Shown: positions 13,989 through 26,251, counted from the whole stretch's first letter. The stretch: 58,538 nucleotides of DNA, filler included, from Squatina squatina (GCA_031763465.1; 4 parts of 4 records of this genome joined end to end with filler, not necessarily neighbours in it), one strand, 5' to 3'. Translations and numbers: made by a program. Notes: generated by a model from the letters alone, not told the origin.

Positions 13989-14385
13989 TTAAATATTCCA
14001 GACAGGCAGTGGCCCTTAGTGGCATCCCTAGTCTTATAAGAACTAAATTTCCTCTTCACTTTACAGCAGAAGAACTTTTCCAGTGTCACAATGTTCGATA
14101 AAAATCCAGCCTGACCTTGATTCCCAGGGTTTTGAAAAGCCTGTCACTTTAAACTATTGAAACTATCACATAACAGTAAGATAATAACTACACAACAGTA
14201 ACAAAGCGAGGGCTGGTCATCAACATTTTGCAGCAATTCCATTTCTTCTTCCCATTAGCTACAACTTGAAGAGACTCTCGATATGACTGAGATGTGTTTA
14301 TGACTTGGGTATACACTCACAGAAACCTTGGTGTTTTTTATTAATGAATATAGTTGTATTGAATTTCCATAAGTTTAATAAAGGT

Positions 14386-14616
14386 ACATAGTAACAGGAG
14401 TAGGCCATTCAGCCCCTCGAGCCTGCTCCGCCATTCAATGAGATCATGGCTGATCTGCGACCTAACTCCATATACCCGCCATTGGCCCATATCCTTTAAT
14501 ATCTTTGGCGAACAAAAAGCTAACAATTAACCTAGCATCAATTGCCATTTGCATAAGAGAGTTCCAAACTTCTACAACCCTTTTGTGTGTAGAAGTGTTT
14601 CTTAATTTCAGTCCTG
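14386..14616 (-). mobile_element. CR1 LINE 3' end
   Basis: Ends in ...GGCTCGAGGGGCTGAATGGCCTACTCCTG. ORF2 tail RVVEVWNSL. Confidence 0.85.
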
Positions 14617-15722
14617 NNNNNNNNNNNNNNNNNNNNNNNNNNNNNNNNNNNNNNNNNNNNNNNNNNNNNNNNNNNNNNNNNNNNNNNNNNNNNNNNNNNN
14701 NNNNNNNNNNNNNNNNCTGGGTGGGTTTAACAAGCCCCATCAAGGGAAATTCATTTCAGAGATCGAGATGGAGCCGGCAGCGAGGCCATGACCCGCCACA
14801 GAACCGCCGAGGTAGGGAAAATCACGGCCAAAGTGTCAGTTGTCCATAAGTAAGACTAATGGAGCATATCCATTTCTCAGGAAAAGTTAAACCAACAGAA
14901 CAACTTGCTGCCAACTACAAAGCTAACAAGAAATTTGGGATAGGCCTCTATCCACAGCAATCCATGAGACTCCATGGCGAGGCATCCTGCTAGTTTTGTA
15001 GACCTTCTCTGGAGCATGCTGTAAGCCCCTCTAATCAGTCCAAGCATGCAAAGTATTGCTCTAACATTACAAAAATAGCTTTATTCCAAAGCTGCCTCTC
15101 TGTTGAGTCTGAGCCTCATCATTCACGAAGCCTCCATCATGTCCATGTAGCTCACTCTCTTGCAGCACATTTGCTGCCTACTGTAGTTTATTCTGGTGAC
15201 TCCTGCACCTCCTATGCCCTCTGTGCTCCTGGGCTGCGCTCTCCTGCTGCACTGAGATCTCCGACAATGGCTGCTACACTCACGTCATGTGCCAAGAAAA
15301 GTCTCTGCCCCATACGCTTCTGTCAGTGTTCCAGTGCTGCTTCAAAATCTTGTTCTTCATTCAGTGAACTAAAACGAGGTCTGAACTGGAGTTCAAGATT
15401 CACTTTTTATTTATATCCTCCTGTGTAATTCTGCACAAGGTGCTCAAATAACAAGCAAAATCTGATTTTTGTTCTTTATACTAATTTTCCTGAATTCATT
15501 TTTGAGTAGGAGATATCCCCCGAAAGCCACACTGAACATGGATGAATACATGGATAATACTTTCTACTCATGTTACACTAATGTTTAATTTTTTTTTGGA
15601 TAAAATTAGCAAAGAAAGGGAAAAAGGTCCCACATTGTGGTGCTTTTTTATTTGAATCAGAACAAATGACAGAAGCCCAGCATGAGTTATCCTGCAATTT
15701 TCCTTCCCTCTCNNNNNNNNNN

Positions 15723-15951
15723 CTCCTTCTCGAACTCCCTCCCTCTCCTCGAATTCTCTATCTCCCACCCTCTCCTCTAAGTCTCTAACCCCCTCCCTCT
15801 CCTCTAATTCTCTAACTCTCTCCCTCTCCTCTAACTCCCCGCCTCTCCTCTAATTCTCTAACTCCCTCCTTCTCCTCTATCTCCCGCCCCTCTAACTCCC
15901 TAACTCTCCTCTAAATCCCTCCCTCTCCTCCAACTCCCTCCTTCCCTCTCC
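15723..15951. repeat. Pyrimidine-rich low-complexity repeat (CTCTCCTCTAACTCCC-like)
   Basis: Direct reading: near-pure C/T with recurring CTCTAA. Confidence 0.85.
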
Positions 15952-16496
15952 ACTATGGCCAGCCAATACAGAACCACCCATGCTCAAAGTCATTGTCCAA
16001 GCATTCTGTGATGCAACATGTTGGTACACCTGAGTGACCGCCACTGAGAGTGCTTTACATGTTCAATAGTTGAACATCTTAAATAACAGGAAGTCATTTA
16101 ACTGGTCTAAAAATTAAATTAGTATTAACGTGATTCTGATTCTGAATAAGTTTACATGTGATGTGGAAGCAATAAGCCCTAATGGGCAAGTGGTCTTTGC
16201 TTGGTATCTTGGTATGTTCTTATGAAGCAAAAAGGTTGACAATATAATGAGTTAAAGCGATACAGCAAGAAAGATTGCTTACCCGAAATGAAGACCAAAC
16301 ATAAGCCATCTGTAAGGATGTCTGAGTCACAGTCTACAAGTGATCCTTGCGACATTTCATAGTGAACAACGCATTGTCTAACCCCAAGCTGAACTTCAAA
16401 TGGTGTGCCAATACAAACAGTGGATACTTGGTTACATTTAAAGTATCGCTGCTTATCATTTTCTCCAATCATTTAAACTTCATAGGTGAGTGTATC

Positions 16497-16596
16497 NNNN
16501 NNNNNNNNNNNNNNNNNNNNNNNNNNNNNNNNNNNNNNNNTTAATTAATTAANNNNNNNNNNNNNNNNNNNNNNNNNNNNNNNNNNNNNNNNNNNN
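16497..16596. other. Artificial scaffold linker N44-TTAATTAATTAA-N44
   Basis: A 12-mer with stops in all six frames, flanked by exactly 44 N on each side. Identical at 31755-31854 and 44916-45015. Confidence 0.97.
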
Positions 16597-17340
16597 CACC
16601 CTCAAAGTATCACTGTTACAACACAGCCTGTTATACACACACCCTCACTGTATCGCTCCGTTATAACACTGTCTCCTATACACCCACCCTCACTGTATCA
16701 GTCTGTTATATACCCACCCTCACTGTATCACACTGTTATAACACAATCTGTTATGCACCCACTGTGACTATATGACTCTGTTCTACCACAGTCTGTTGTA
16801 CACCCACCCTCACTGTATCTCACTGTTATAACACAGTCTGTTATACACCCACCCTCACTATCTCACAGTTATAACACTGTTATATACCCACCCTCACTGT
16901 CTCACTGTTTTATAACACAGTTTGTTATACACCCACCCTGTTATATACCCACCCTCACTATATCACTGTTATAACACTGTCTGTTATAACACTGTCTGTT
17001 ATACACGCACCTTCAATATATCACTGTTTTAACAGTCTGTTATACACTCACCCTCACTGTATCACACTATTATAACCCAGTCTGTCACATACCCGCCCTC
17101 ACTGTATCACTGTTATGACACAGTCTGTTACACACCCACCCTCACTACCTCACTCTGTTATAATTCAGTCTGTTATACACCCACCCTCACTATATCACAG
17201 TTATAACAGTGTGTTATACACCCACCCTCACTGTATCACTGTTATAACACGGTCTGTTATACACCAACACTCACTATATCACTCTGTTATAAAACAATCT
17301 GTTACACATCCAACCTCAACTGTCTCACTCTGAGTTATAA
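16597..17340. repeat. Minisatellite, ~43-45 bp unit CACCCACCCTCACTGTATCACTGTTATAACACAGTCTGTTATA
   Basis: Many degenerate tandem units are directly visible. Confidence 0.95.
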
Positions 17341-17497
17341 CTCCAAGGATGGGTGTTGTGTCTGATTCGGCGGTCCAGTCTGATTGATCTGAAGGTAACT
17401 GCAGCGTCAGAAGTTGGAACTGAAGCGTCCCGCTGTCGTCGCTCTCTCGCCCGCTGTGCCACTCCGTGATCTGAAGTGGCTCTCTGTTTGCTTTCAG

Positions 17498-17593
17498 CCG
17501 GCCTCCCCGGGTCAGAGCAGATCTGCTGCCTCTGCAAAGGTGCCACCTCCAGCCACGACAACCAGATTGTGAACTGTGCAAAGTGCAAGCAAG
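17498..17593 (+). CDS. PHF1: Polycomb-like protein PHD1 exon (PHF1/PCL1), 96 nt, phase 1-1
   Basis: ttgctttcag|...|gtgagt. Encodes (A)GLPGSEQICCLCKGATSSHDNQIVNCAKCKQ(G), a C-x2-C..C-x2-C half PHD finger like human PHF1 ALPGEELLCCVCRSETVVPGNRLVSCEKCRH. The MHC-region neighbours favour PHF1 over the paralogues PHF19 and MTF2. Confidence 0.75.
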
Positions 17594-17937
17594 GTGAGTG
17601 CATCTGCCCAGAGCTCTTGCAGTCCAATTGAGGGCTGGCTGACCTCCTGCAGCATCGCTATAAAGCTCAGAATTATTTCCATTGAATCATTCTCTCAGGT
17701 GCTCTCGTTCTGTTTATCTTGCATTCTGTGCGTTTTCTTTTTCTCTTTGTTTTACGTTTCAGACTTGAGCTTGTTGTCTTGCTTTCTCTGTCTCTTAATT
17801 TCTGGCCCGATTTCCAAGTGTCCTCTTCGCACGATCTNNNNNNNNNNNNNNNNNNNNNNNNNNNNNNNNNNNNNNNNNNNNNNNNNNNNNNNNNNNNNNN
17901 NNNNNNNNNNNNNNNNNNNNNNNNNNNNNNNNNNNNN

Positions 17938-18087
17938 GTGGCCCTTACGGCTAGGGGGATCGGGAGTATGGAGCGAAAGCAGGTACGGGGTACTGAGTTG
18001 GAAGATCAGCCATGATCGTGTTGAATGGCTGTGTAGGCTCGAAAGGCCGAGTGGCCTACTCCTGCACCTATTTTCTATGTTTCTATG
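17938..18087 (+). mobile_element. CR1 LINE 3' end
   Basis: ...GATCAGCCATGATCGTGTTGAATGG...GGCTCGAAAGGCCGAGTGGCCTACTCCTG...TTCTATGTTTCTATG tail. Confidence 0.85.
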
Positions 18088-18751
18088 TTATACACCCACG
18101 CTCACTGTATCACCATTATAACAAAGTCTGTTATACACCCACCCTCACTATATCACTATGTTATAACACAGTCTGTTTTCCACCCACCCTCACTATATCA
18201 CTGTTATAACAAAATCTGTTATACACCCACCTTCACTATATCACTATGTTATAACACAGTCTGTTATATACACACCCTCACTGTTTCACTGTTATAACAC
18301 ACTCTGTTATACACCAGCCTCGCTATATCACTCTGTTACAACACAGCTTGTTATATAACCACCCTCACTGTATCACTGTTATAACACAGTCTGTTATACA
18401 TACACCCTCACTATATCACTGTTATAACATAATCTGTTATACACCCACCCTCACTATATCACTGTTATAACACAGTGTTTTATACACCCACCCTTACTAT
18501 ATCATTCTGTTATAACACAGACTATTATAGCCCCAGCCTCACTGTATCACTGTTATAACACAGTCTGTTACACACCCACCCTCACTATTACACTCTGTTA
18601 TAACACAGTCTGTTATACTCCCGCCCTAACTGTATCACTGTTATAACACAGACTGTTATGTACCCACGCTCACTGTATCACTGTTATAACACAGTCTGTT
18701 ATGCACCCACCCTCGCTGTCTCACTGTTACAACACAGTCTGTTATGCACTC
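18086..18751. repeat. Second array of the ~43-45 bp CACCCACCCTCAC...TGTTATAACA minisatellite
   Basis: Same unit as 16597-17340. Confidence 0.95.
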
Positions 18752-19246
18752 NNNNNNNNNNNNNNNNNNNNNNNNNNNNNNNNNNNNNNNNNNNNNNNNN
18801 NNNNNNNNNNNNNNNNNNNNNNNNNNNNNNNNNNNNNNNNNNNNNNNNNNNATGTCACATAACTTTTTCTTTTAATAGTTCTTAGTGCCTTACTTCAACA
18901 TCTTTTCTTTAGCAAAGCTTTTCGATGCAAAATTCACGGAAAGCCCACAGAAATGACAAGCACGTGTTGAATCTCAGTCCTCAGAGAGTTCTTTGATAAC
19001 ACATAAGTCTGGCCATTCTACATGAAACACTGTGACCAATTATGAAATGCTAAGAGGAGCCTTCTGATGTTTGTCCAATACTGCCGGGAGGTTTAGGCCA
19101 AGGCTCGTCCCTCANNNNNNNNNNGTGTTGTAACACTATCCCCGAATGATGCTCGTGTCAAGGAAGACACTGCACCAAGAACCTTACCGTGCAAAATCAC
19201 CCCTTGTATATTCGACCAGACCCCCAGTAAAAACAACCCAAGCAAC

Positions 19247-19367
19247 CACAACAACAACTTATAGTTATAGCGCACCTTTAACATAGCAAAGCGCCTGAAG
19301 GAGCTTCACAGGAGCGTTATCAAACAAAATTTGACACCGAGCCACATAAGGAGATATATTAGGACAA
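19247..19367 (-). mobile_element. L2 LINE 3' tail
   Basis: acaacaactt...tatagcgcacctttaac...cttcacaggagc...tttgacaccgagccacataaggagata. Same family as 30224-30428 and 32744-33120. Confidence 0.75.
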
Positions 19368-20847
19368 GTGTTCAATTGGAGCGTGGCCAAATGGGCCGCA
19401 GCATTGGGCTCCCTTAGCCCGGGATGCGCCCCGCTAGTAGCGAGGCACNNNNNNNNNNNNNNNNNNNNNNNNNNNNNNNNNNNNNNNNNNNNNNNNNNNN
19501 NNNNNNNNNNNNNNNNNNNNNNNNNNNNNNNNNNNNNNNNNNNNNNNNNNNNNNNNNNNNNNNNNNNNNNNNNNNNNNNNNNNNNNNNNNNNNNNNNNNN
19601 NNNNNNNNNNNNNNNNNNNNNNNNNNNNNNNNNNNNNNNNNNNNNNNNNNNNNNNNNNNNNNNNNNNNNNNNNNNNNNNNNNNNNNNNNNNNNNNNNNNN
19701 NNNNNNNNNNNNNNNNNNNNNNNNNNNNNNNNNNNNNNNNNNNNNNNNNNNNNNNNNNNNNNNNNNNNNNNNNNNNNNNNNNNNNNNNNNNNNNNNNNNN
19801 NNNNNNNNNNNNNNNNNNNNNNNNNNNNNNNNNNNNNNNNNNNNNNNNNNNNNNNNNNNNNNNNNNNNNNNNNNNNNNNNNNNNNNNNNNNNNNNNNNNN
19901 NNNNNNNNNNNNNNNNNNNNNNNNNNNNNNNNNNNNNNNNNNNNNNNNNNNNNNNNNNNNNNNNNNNNNNNNNNNNNNNNNNNNNNNNNNNNNNNNNNNN
20001 NNNNNNNNNNNNNNNNNNNNNNNNNNNNNNNNNNNNNNNNNNNNNNNNNNNNNNNNNNNNNNNNNNNNNNNNNNNNNNNNNNNNNNNNNNNNNNNNNNNN
20101 NNNNNNNNNNNNNNNNNNNNNNNNNNNNNNNNNNNNNNNNNNNNNNNNNNNNNNNNNNNNNNNNNNNNNNNNNNNNNNNNNNNNNNNNNNNNNNNNNNNN
20201 NNNNNNNNNNNNNNNNNNNNNNNNNNNNNNNNNNNNNNNNNNNNNNNNNNNNNNNNNNNNNNNNNNNNNNNNNNNNNNNNNNATTGCTGTAACTGACCTG
20301 GAGACTGCTTGATGCTAAAAGAGGGCGGTGGTTAATGAAAAACAAATCTGTTCTCCAGCATTGACGTCCCTCATTCTGAATGCAAAAGATTTGCTAAGGT
20401 GCATGTCAATTGTCACAAGCTCCCATGGTGACTGGATCAAGCTCTACAGGGGAACCTGGTTGGACGTGTGTGGGGAGTAAATTAGCACCCAAAATTAGCA
20501 GGCAAGTGATAACCCTGTGCCTACTGACAAGTGAAAGAGCAACGGTTGAAGGGAGCCTACAAATAGGTGTGGAAGTCCCAATCTCACTCGATGAGGAAAT
20601 GCGGGGGTTGGGGGAGTGGGGCTGGGTTTCCAACACCTTGCCTGGTTATCGGTGCTGGTATCGGTTGGACCGCCACACCCAAGGGACCGCTGATCTAACC
20701 CGCGGCTGGCTCGGCCGATCCCAACTAACTCTCTCTCGCTCTCTGATGCACACAGACAAACACGTACATGAGGTTAGCTTATACAGGATAATGTACAGTA
20801 CCACCCTTAGAAAGTAAAAAAGTTAACCGGTGGTGGCGGGGGGGAAA

Positions 20848-21541
20848 TCAAGATCGCCATGGCCACCCCGCTGTTTTTTTTTTTAAGATGATGCCAGGGG
20901 TGCCCGTGGTTGCCCGCTGCAGTTTTTCGCAGGCGGCCTTGTGCCGCAGGAAGCTGTCACGCCACATGAACTTCGTGCCGCAGACGTGGCACTCAAAGGG
21001 TTTAAGGCCCGTGTGGATCTTCATGTGCTCCACCAGGTGGTGCTTCATTTTGAACTTCTTGTTGCAGATGGTGCAGCCGAAGGGACGGAGGTTGAGGTGC
21101 ATGTTGATGTGCCGGTCCCGCTGGCTCTTGTGGGTGAAGGTCTTGCCGCAGTGGCAGGCGAACATCTTGCCGCCGCTGCCGCCGCCACCGGGGCCGCCAT
21201 TCCCCGCTCCCGCCGCGGCCTGAACAGCCCCATGGCGGGCGTCGCCGGGGGGCCGGTAGCCTGCCAGCTGGCCGCCCAGGGCCTGCCGGGAGTCGCCACC
21301 GGGGCTGCCGTCCGCCAGCTCGTAGGCAAAGTCCTCGGAGGAGCCGCAGTAGTCGATCTGGTCCTCGAAGCCCTGGTCCTCGGGGCCCAGCAGCTCGGGC
21401 CCGGCCAGGGTGCAGACGTCGCTGATGCTGAGGGCCTGGGGCTCCACCCGGAGCAGGCGGCAGCCCGCCGTCTTGACGAAGTGGTGCTCGTCCTCCTCGC
21501 ACGTCAGCACCAGGTCCTCCTCCTGCTTCTCCTTCTTGACG
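20848..21541 (-). CDS. ZBTB22: Zinc finger and BTB domain protein 22, C-terminal part of the coding exon (3 zinc fingers). The N-terminus/BTB domain is lost in the gap.
   Basis: EEDLVLTCEEDE, LSISDVCTL, DQIDYCGSSEDF and FACHCGKTFTHKSQRDRHINMHLNLRPFGCTICNKKFKMKHHLVEHMKIHTGLKPFECHVCGTKFMWRDSFLRH match the ZBTB22/ZBTB43 family. The linker motifs and MHC neighbours favour ZBTB22. Stop TGA at 20848-20850. Confidence 0.85.
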
Positions 21542-21641
21542 NNNNNNNNNNNNNNNNNNNNNNNNNNNNNNNNNNNNNNNNNNNNNNNNNNNNNNNNNNN
21601 NNNNNNNNNNNNNNNNNNNNNNNNNNNNNNNNNNNNNNNNN

Positions 21642-22168
21642 TCGAACCCAACACAGCTCACCCCGAGCTCTTGATCTCCGAAGACTTAAGGAGCGTGCGG
21701 CTCAGCGACACGTGGCAGGACCTGCCCGACAACCCCGAGCGCTTCGACGACTGCGTCAGCGTGCTCTCCGCCCAGGGCTTCGACTCGGGGAGGCACTACT
21801 GGCAGGTGGAGGTGGGCAACAAGACCATGTGGGATGTGGGCCTGGCCAAGGAGTCAGTCAGCCGCAAGGGGAACATCATCCTGTCACCCGAGGACGGGTT
21901 CTGGACTATCTGGCTGCGCAACGGCAATGAGTACGAGGCCCTATCCACGCCCTCGGCCTTCCTCTCCCTCCGGTCCAAACCCAAGACGATCGGGGTCTTC
22001 TTGGACTACGTGAAGGGTCACGTCTCCTTCTACGATGCCGACGACATGTCCGTCATCTATACCTTCACCGACACCTTAAGCGAGAGACTCTTCCCTTACT
22101 TTAGCCCATGCGAGAGCGACGGCGGGAAAAACGCCGAGCCCCTAAAGCTTTGCGGCCTGTGCTTATAG
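21642..22168 (+). CDS. B30.2 (PRY-SPRY) terminal exon of a TRIM39/TRIM69/nuclear-factor-7-like or butyrophilin-like gene. The 5' end is in the gap.
   Basis: [66 protein letters not shown], open to TAG at 22166-22168. Confidence 0.92.
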
Positions 22169-22329
22169 GACTTGCAGTTTACCAAAACATNNNNNNNNNN
22201 NNNNNNNNNNNNNNNNNNNNNNNNNNNNNNNNNNNNNNNNNNNNNNNNNNNNNNNNNNNNNNNNNNNNNNNNNNNNNNNNNNNNNNNNNNGGAACACACC
22301 CTTTCCCCCTGCTGTCTGTAAGCACTCAC

Positions 22330-22495
22330 CTGCTAGATCAGGACACAGAATCTCTGGACCGCTGCAGCCTCCCTTCTGTCCCGGCTCCTCTCTCTCTTCC
22401 TGTGTGCTTGGCTGCTTTTCGCAAGGAGGTTTCCAACTAAGATAAAAACTCACAACACACGTCTCCAGCAGCCCTGCCAGTCGCCATCTTCCTGT
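22330..22495 (-). promoter_or_regulatory. Candidate first (largely 5' UTR) exon with YY1-type AAGATGGCG and a strong donor
   Basis: Minus strand GGAAGATGGCGAC (ATG at 22487 opens only 16 codons before TAG) and donor GCAG|GTGAGT at 22330/22329. Confidence 0.35.
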
Positions 22496-24501
22496 GACGC
22501 AGAACTGCAGCTAATTTCGGTCCAGAGATTGAAATTCAATGTGTGTGTGGAAAGTGAGAGAGAGAAATTATATAAACAAGTGTTCAGCCCCCTTCATCTG
22601 TGCTGATGGCTCCTGGGCTGCACTATTGCAGCAGTGGTTATGCAATGCAGACATGTAACATAGATACTAAAGGAAGGAACTGCGTTGCAATATACTTTAA
22701 AAAAAAACTACATGTTTGTTGTGAACTATTTGGAACCACGTTGTTACTGAGAGTGCAGTTAAGTTTGTGGAATTTAAATTTCCCCCGTCAGGGAAAGGAA
22801 AGATAATGAAGGGAGATTTTTAAGGGGCTCACTCAGAGACTTTGATTTTTTTTTTGGTCAGATTGTTTCTGGGAATTTTTTTTCAATCCAAAAAAGCAGG
22901 AAAAACAATGAGATCATTGCACGAATGCTCACATTCACCTTTAAATAAAAAATAAACAACGGTGTCAACCTGTTTATCATAAAAGGATCGGCAATTATAC
23001 GCCGCCTTGTCAGGGCCTGGGGATGTCACGTAACAATTTTTTTCAAGTGCAGGCAGTTTGCGCACAGCAAGATCCCACAGGCAGTAAATGAGACAAAATG
23101 GCCAAATAATCTTTTGCCGGCGGTGAGTGATGGATGAATTTTGGTTGTCCGGGACACGATTTGAACATNNNNNNNNNNCAAGGGAAAACATCTGCAGGGC
23201 CATGTGGGGAAAAGGGCAGCGGAGTGGGATTAATTGGATGGCTCTACCAAAGAGCTGGCACAAGCACGATGGGCCGAATAGCCTCATTCTGTGTCTTTGT
23301 TCTCGGAATGGAGGCTCACTGTTGTGTGCATGGGGACAGTGTTGAACATGTTTGCTTCAACAAACCAGGCGTCAATCAACAACAGAGATTCCAAACAGAG
23401 CACAGCTCTATCAATTTGCTCTNNNNNNNNNNNNNNNNNNNNNNNNNNNNNNNNNNNNNNNNNNNNNNNNNNNNNNNNNNNNNNNNNNNNNNNNNNNNNN
23501 NNNNNNNNNNNNNNNNNNNNNNGGGAACAGGACTAGGCTGTTCAATGCCTGGAGGCCACGTCGCCATTCTGCTGGACAAGACAGCCCTGGATTTCACAGC
23601 ACCAGGAACCCCAATCTATTCAATATAAAAGGGGCACAAACTATTGGGAGTGTCAGCAACACAGTGGTTTTGCAGCCCCATGCATGGCAGAAAGACATGC
23701 AACAGCAAAAGTGCACAATACAATGGCCACAAAATGCAGGGTTAAAACCCTGGTATGCTGAGGCCCTCGGCAGTGGGGGAGGTGCATGGTAGTTACCGCA
23801 ATCCCAACTCCAAAATGTATTTCCCATGGACTGCCCCTGACTCAATTACGGCCAGGGTCACATTAAATGAATTATAACCCAAAATCCCAGAAGTCGGCAC
23901 ATGCTCCAGCCAACGAGTTCTGCATTTGCTCAATGGGGATGCTTGCATGAAGGACAGCTACATTATGTCGTAGCATGACATTAATGAGCCACAAACCACA
24001 GCAGGCTGCGAGTGGAATCATGGAACACAGGCAATCCAACCCTCAGTGCCTTTCTCCAATAGCTAGCTAATCTGTTCACTCCCAATAACCTACTCAAAAA
24101 ATTAGGGCGTAGCTTGAAAGAGAATGTGCCAATAATACTTGTATTGACAAACAAACCATAACCACGGCCAGTTCTTTGAGGAGGTTATGACTTGCCCGTT
24201 TCACAGAAGAGCAGAATTAAGGAACCCAATCTCACGGGCAGCAAAAAAAAAAACCCAAATCACTGGAAAAAGAAAACTAAGATTCGATCAGTCACTGAAC
24301 CAGTGGTTGGCACATTGAGGACATGAACCTATGAAAGGCAGTTGTACCAGCCTAAACCCAACTCAATCTGCAGTAAGTGCAGCAGATCCACACAGCCACT
24401 ACATACAGGGGCTCAAACAAATACAGGCGAGATTCAACCTGTTCACAACACAGGAGGCGGCATCACTCAGCATTTAGAATCACGTCACCCCGTGCTGGCT
24501 A

Positions 24502-24621
<120 letters not shown>

Positions 24622-24920
24622 CTAAAAAAAAGGGGAAATAGTTAGCACAAGAATCAGTCAGTCAAAGGAAAACTATTAAAACTTTCGGTGTAACAAGCTA
24701 CCAGAAGACTGGCATATTGTAAGCACTCCCCGCAACACAGCCAATAGATTATAAGACAATACATCTGGTCCTACAAGTCAGCACAGCCTGCAACCTGACA
24801 TGGTAGGTCAGGGAGTATCTNNNNNNNNNNNNNNNNNNNNNNNNNNNNNNNNNNNNNNNNNNNNNNNNNNNNNNNNNNNNNNNNNNNNNNNNNNNNNNNN
24901 NNNNNNNNNNNNNNNNNNNN

Positions 24921-25086
24921 ATGTTCTGCTCCGTCGGTTCCTGGTTGTTGAGGTACTGCTCGCGAAAGAAGCGGTTGAGCTGCGGTTGGATGCGCTGCAG
25001 TGGCTGGAACTGGCCGTGCAGCAGCATGATCATGTCCACCATGGAAAAGTTCTGGCAAATGAGAGAGAGCAGGTCGCCAAAGAACC
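24921..25086 (-). CDS. BAG6: BAG6 (BAT3/Scythe) internal exon, 3' end in gap
   Basis: ccccttggcag| (G)[54 protein letters not shown]. Compare human [41 protein letters not shown]. Confidence 0.93.
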
Positions 25087-25532
25087 CTGCCAAGGGGAAG
25101 AGCAGCTTCAGAAAATCAGAACGTATGGGGCAAGGAGGGAAGTGAGACAGAACATGTACAGTTGAAGGACAATAAGGCGGTGGAGCAAGTTACCAGGGAA
25201 GGCCAGGTGAATAGTACAAAACAAGAGCGACACACACATAGATGCTTTTCCAGAGACAAAAATGATTGAAAGACATGCGCGAAGGTGGGTTGATAAAGAC
25301 ACAAGAGTTGTACAGACTTATGATCTTACATTCCCAGAAATTCTGGTTTTCCAGCAACCGATAAATGAACAAAACATGCTTCCATGGGTGACCGCTTTGC
25401 AGAACACCTGCGTTCAGTCCGTAAGCGTGATCNNNNNNNNNNNNNNNNNNNNNNNNNNNNNNNNNNNNNNNNNNNNNNNNNNNNNNNNNNNNNNNNNNNN
25501 NNNNNNNNNNNNNNNNNNNNNNNNNNNNNNNN

Positions 25533-25818
25533 TCCACAAAAAGCAATGGGGAAAAATAAAATCTGGTCATTTATAAGTGGTTTGGTTAAGGGATAAATGT
25601 TGTTGGCCAGGACAATGACAGAACTCATGTTCTTTTTTGAATAATGCCATGGGATCTTTTAGTTTGACCTGACAGCACAGATGGGGCCTTGGTTCAACAT
25701 TTCATCCGAAAGACGGCATCTCTGACAGTGCAGCACACCTTCAGTACTGCACTGAACTGTCAGCCTAAATTATGTGATGTCTCTGGAGTGGAAGGCGAGA
25801 GCACGACCCACTGAGACC
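25533..25818 (-). mobile_element. SacSINE1/Deu-domain SINE copy
   Basis: Reverse complement of the 33717-34006 type (tgccatgggatcttt, catccgaaagacggc, gacagtgcagcac.cc.tcagtactgcactg). Confidence 0.75.
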
Positions 25819-25931
25819 TTATGGAGGAGAGTGCCCATGCCCTATACTTTCCTTTCCCTTTAACTTCTTTTGCCGAAAACAGTGGAGAGAAATCCCAAAT
25901 GAACCTTGTGAGCAGGCTTGTCGACACTTAC

Positions 25932-26251
25932 TTGGGCCCAGGCGGGGCTTCTTCCGTCTGTGTGGTAGCAGAGGACAAGCCCACATTGGGTTCAGTGCCT
26001 TCTGAAGTGCTTGCATTCTCCTCGGAGCTGCCCTCAGCCGCAGCTTCTGGGGGAAGGGCAGCCGCAGTTTCTGGGGGCAGGGCAGCCGCAGCTTCGGAGG
26101 ACAGGGCGGCTGAAGCTCCTCGCGACTCTGTGCTGGACGTCTCCATGGTCTCTCCCGCTACCGATGCGGCCGACGCTACGGCTTCGCCCGCTGAGCCCGT
26201 GGCATCCACAGGGCTCTGTGCTGCCTCCTGCGGAGTGCCATGTGTATGACC
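25932..26251 (-). CDS. BAG6: BAG6 low-complexity Ala/Ser/Glu/Pro exon (320 nt, phase 0-2)
   Basis: cctttcgcag|GHTHGTPQEAAQSPVDATG...TEEAPPGP(AA)|gtaagt. The frame is open. Position and end phase fit the BAG6 exon preceding HPSPAEYV. Sequence similarity itself is low. Confidence 0.7.

Noticed and set aside
16283-16333. Possible 51-nt minus-strand exon TVTQTSLQMAYVWSSFR with strong donor CGG|GTAAGC
   Set aside because: Weak pyrimidine tract and no recognisable protein. Cannot be supported without RNA-seq.
16597-18751. CRISPR-like appearance of the repeat arrays (also 30563-30887 and 42678-42992)
   Set aside because: Degenerate head-to-tail units without unique spacers, no cas genes, and a vertebrate context.
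19368-20345. 290-314 aa ORFs, and all other X-rich ORFs in the track
   Set aside because: Open only because they cross N runs.
20406-20817. 135-aa and 76-aa ORFs downstream of the ZBTB22 stop
   Set aside because: They lie in the presumed 3' UTR and show no domain similarity.
20941-21930. 329-aa plus-strand ORF and other frames overlapping ZBTB22
   Set aside because: Antisense or off-frame shadows of GC3-rich exons, bridged by a gap.
20848-22168. Apparent head-to-head or fused zinc-finger and B30.2 gene
   Set aside because: Opposite strands on separate contigs joined by a placeholder 100-N gap.
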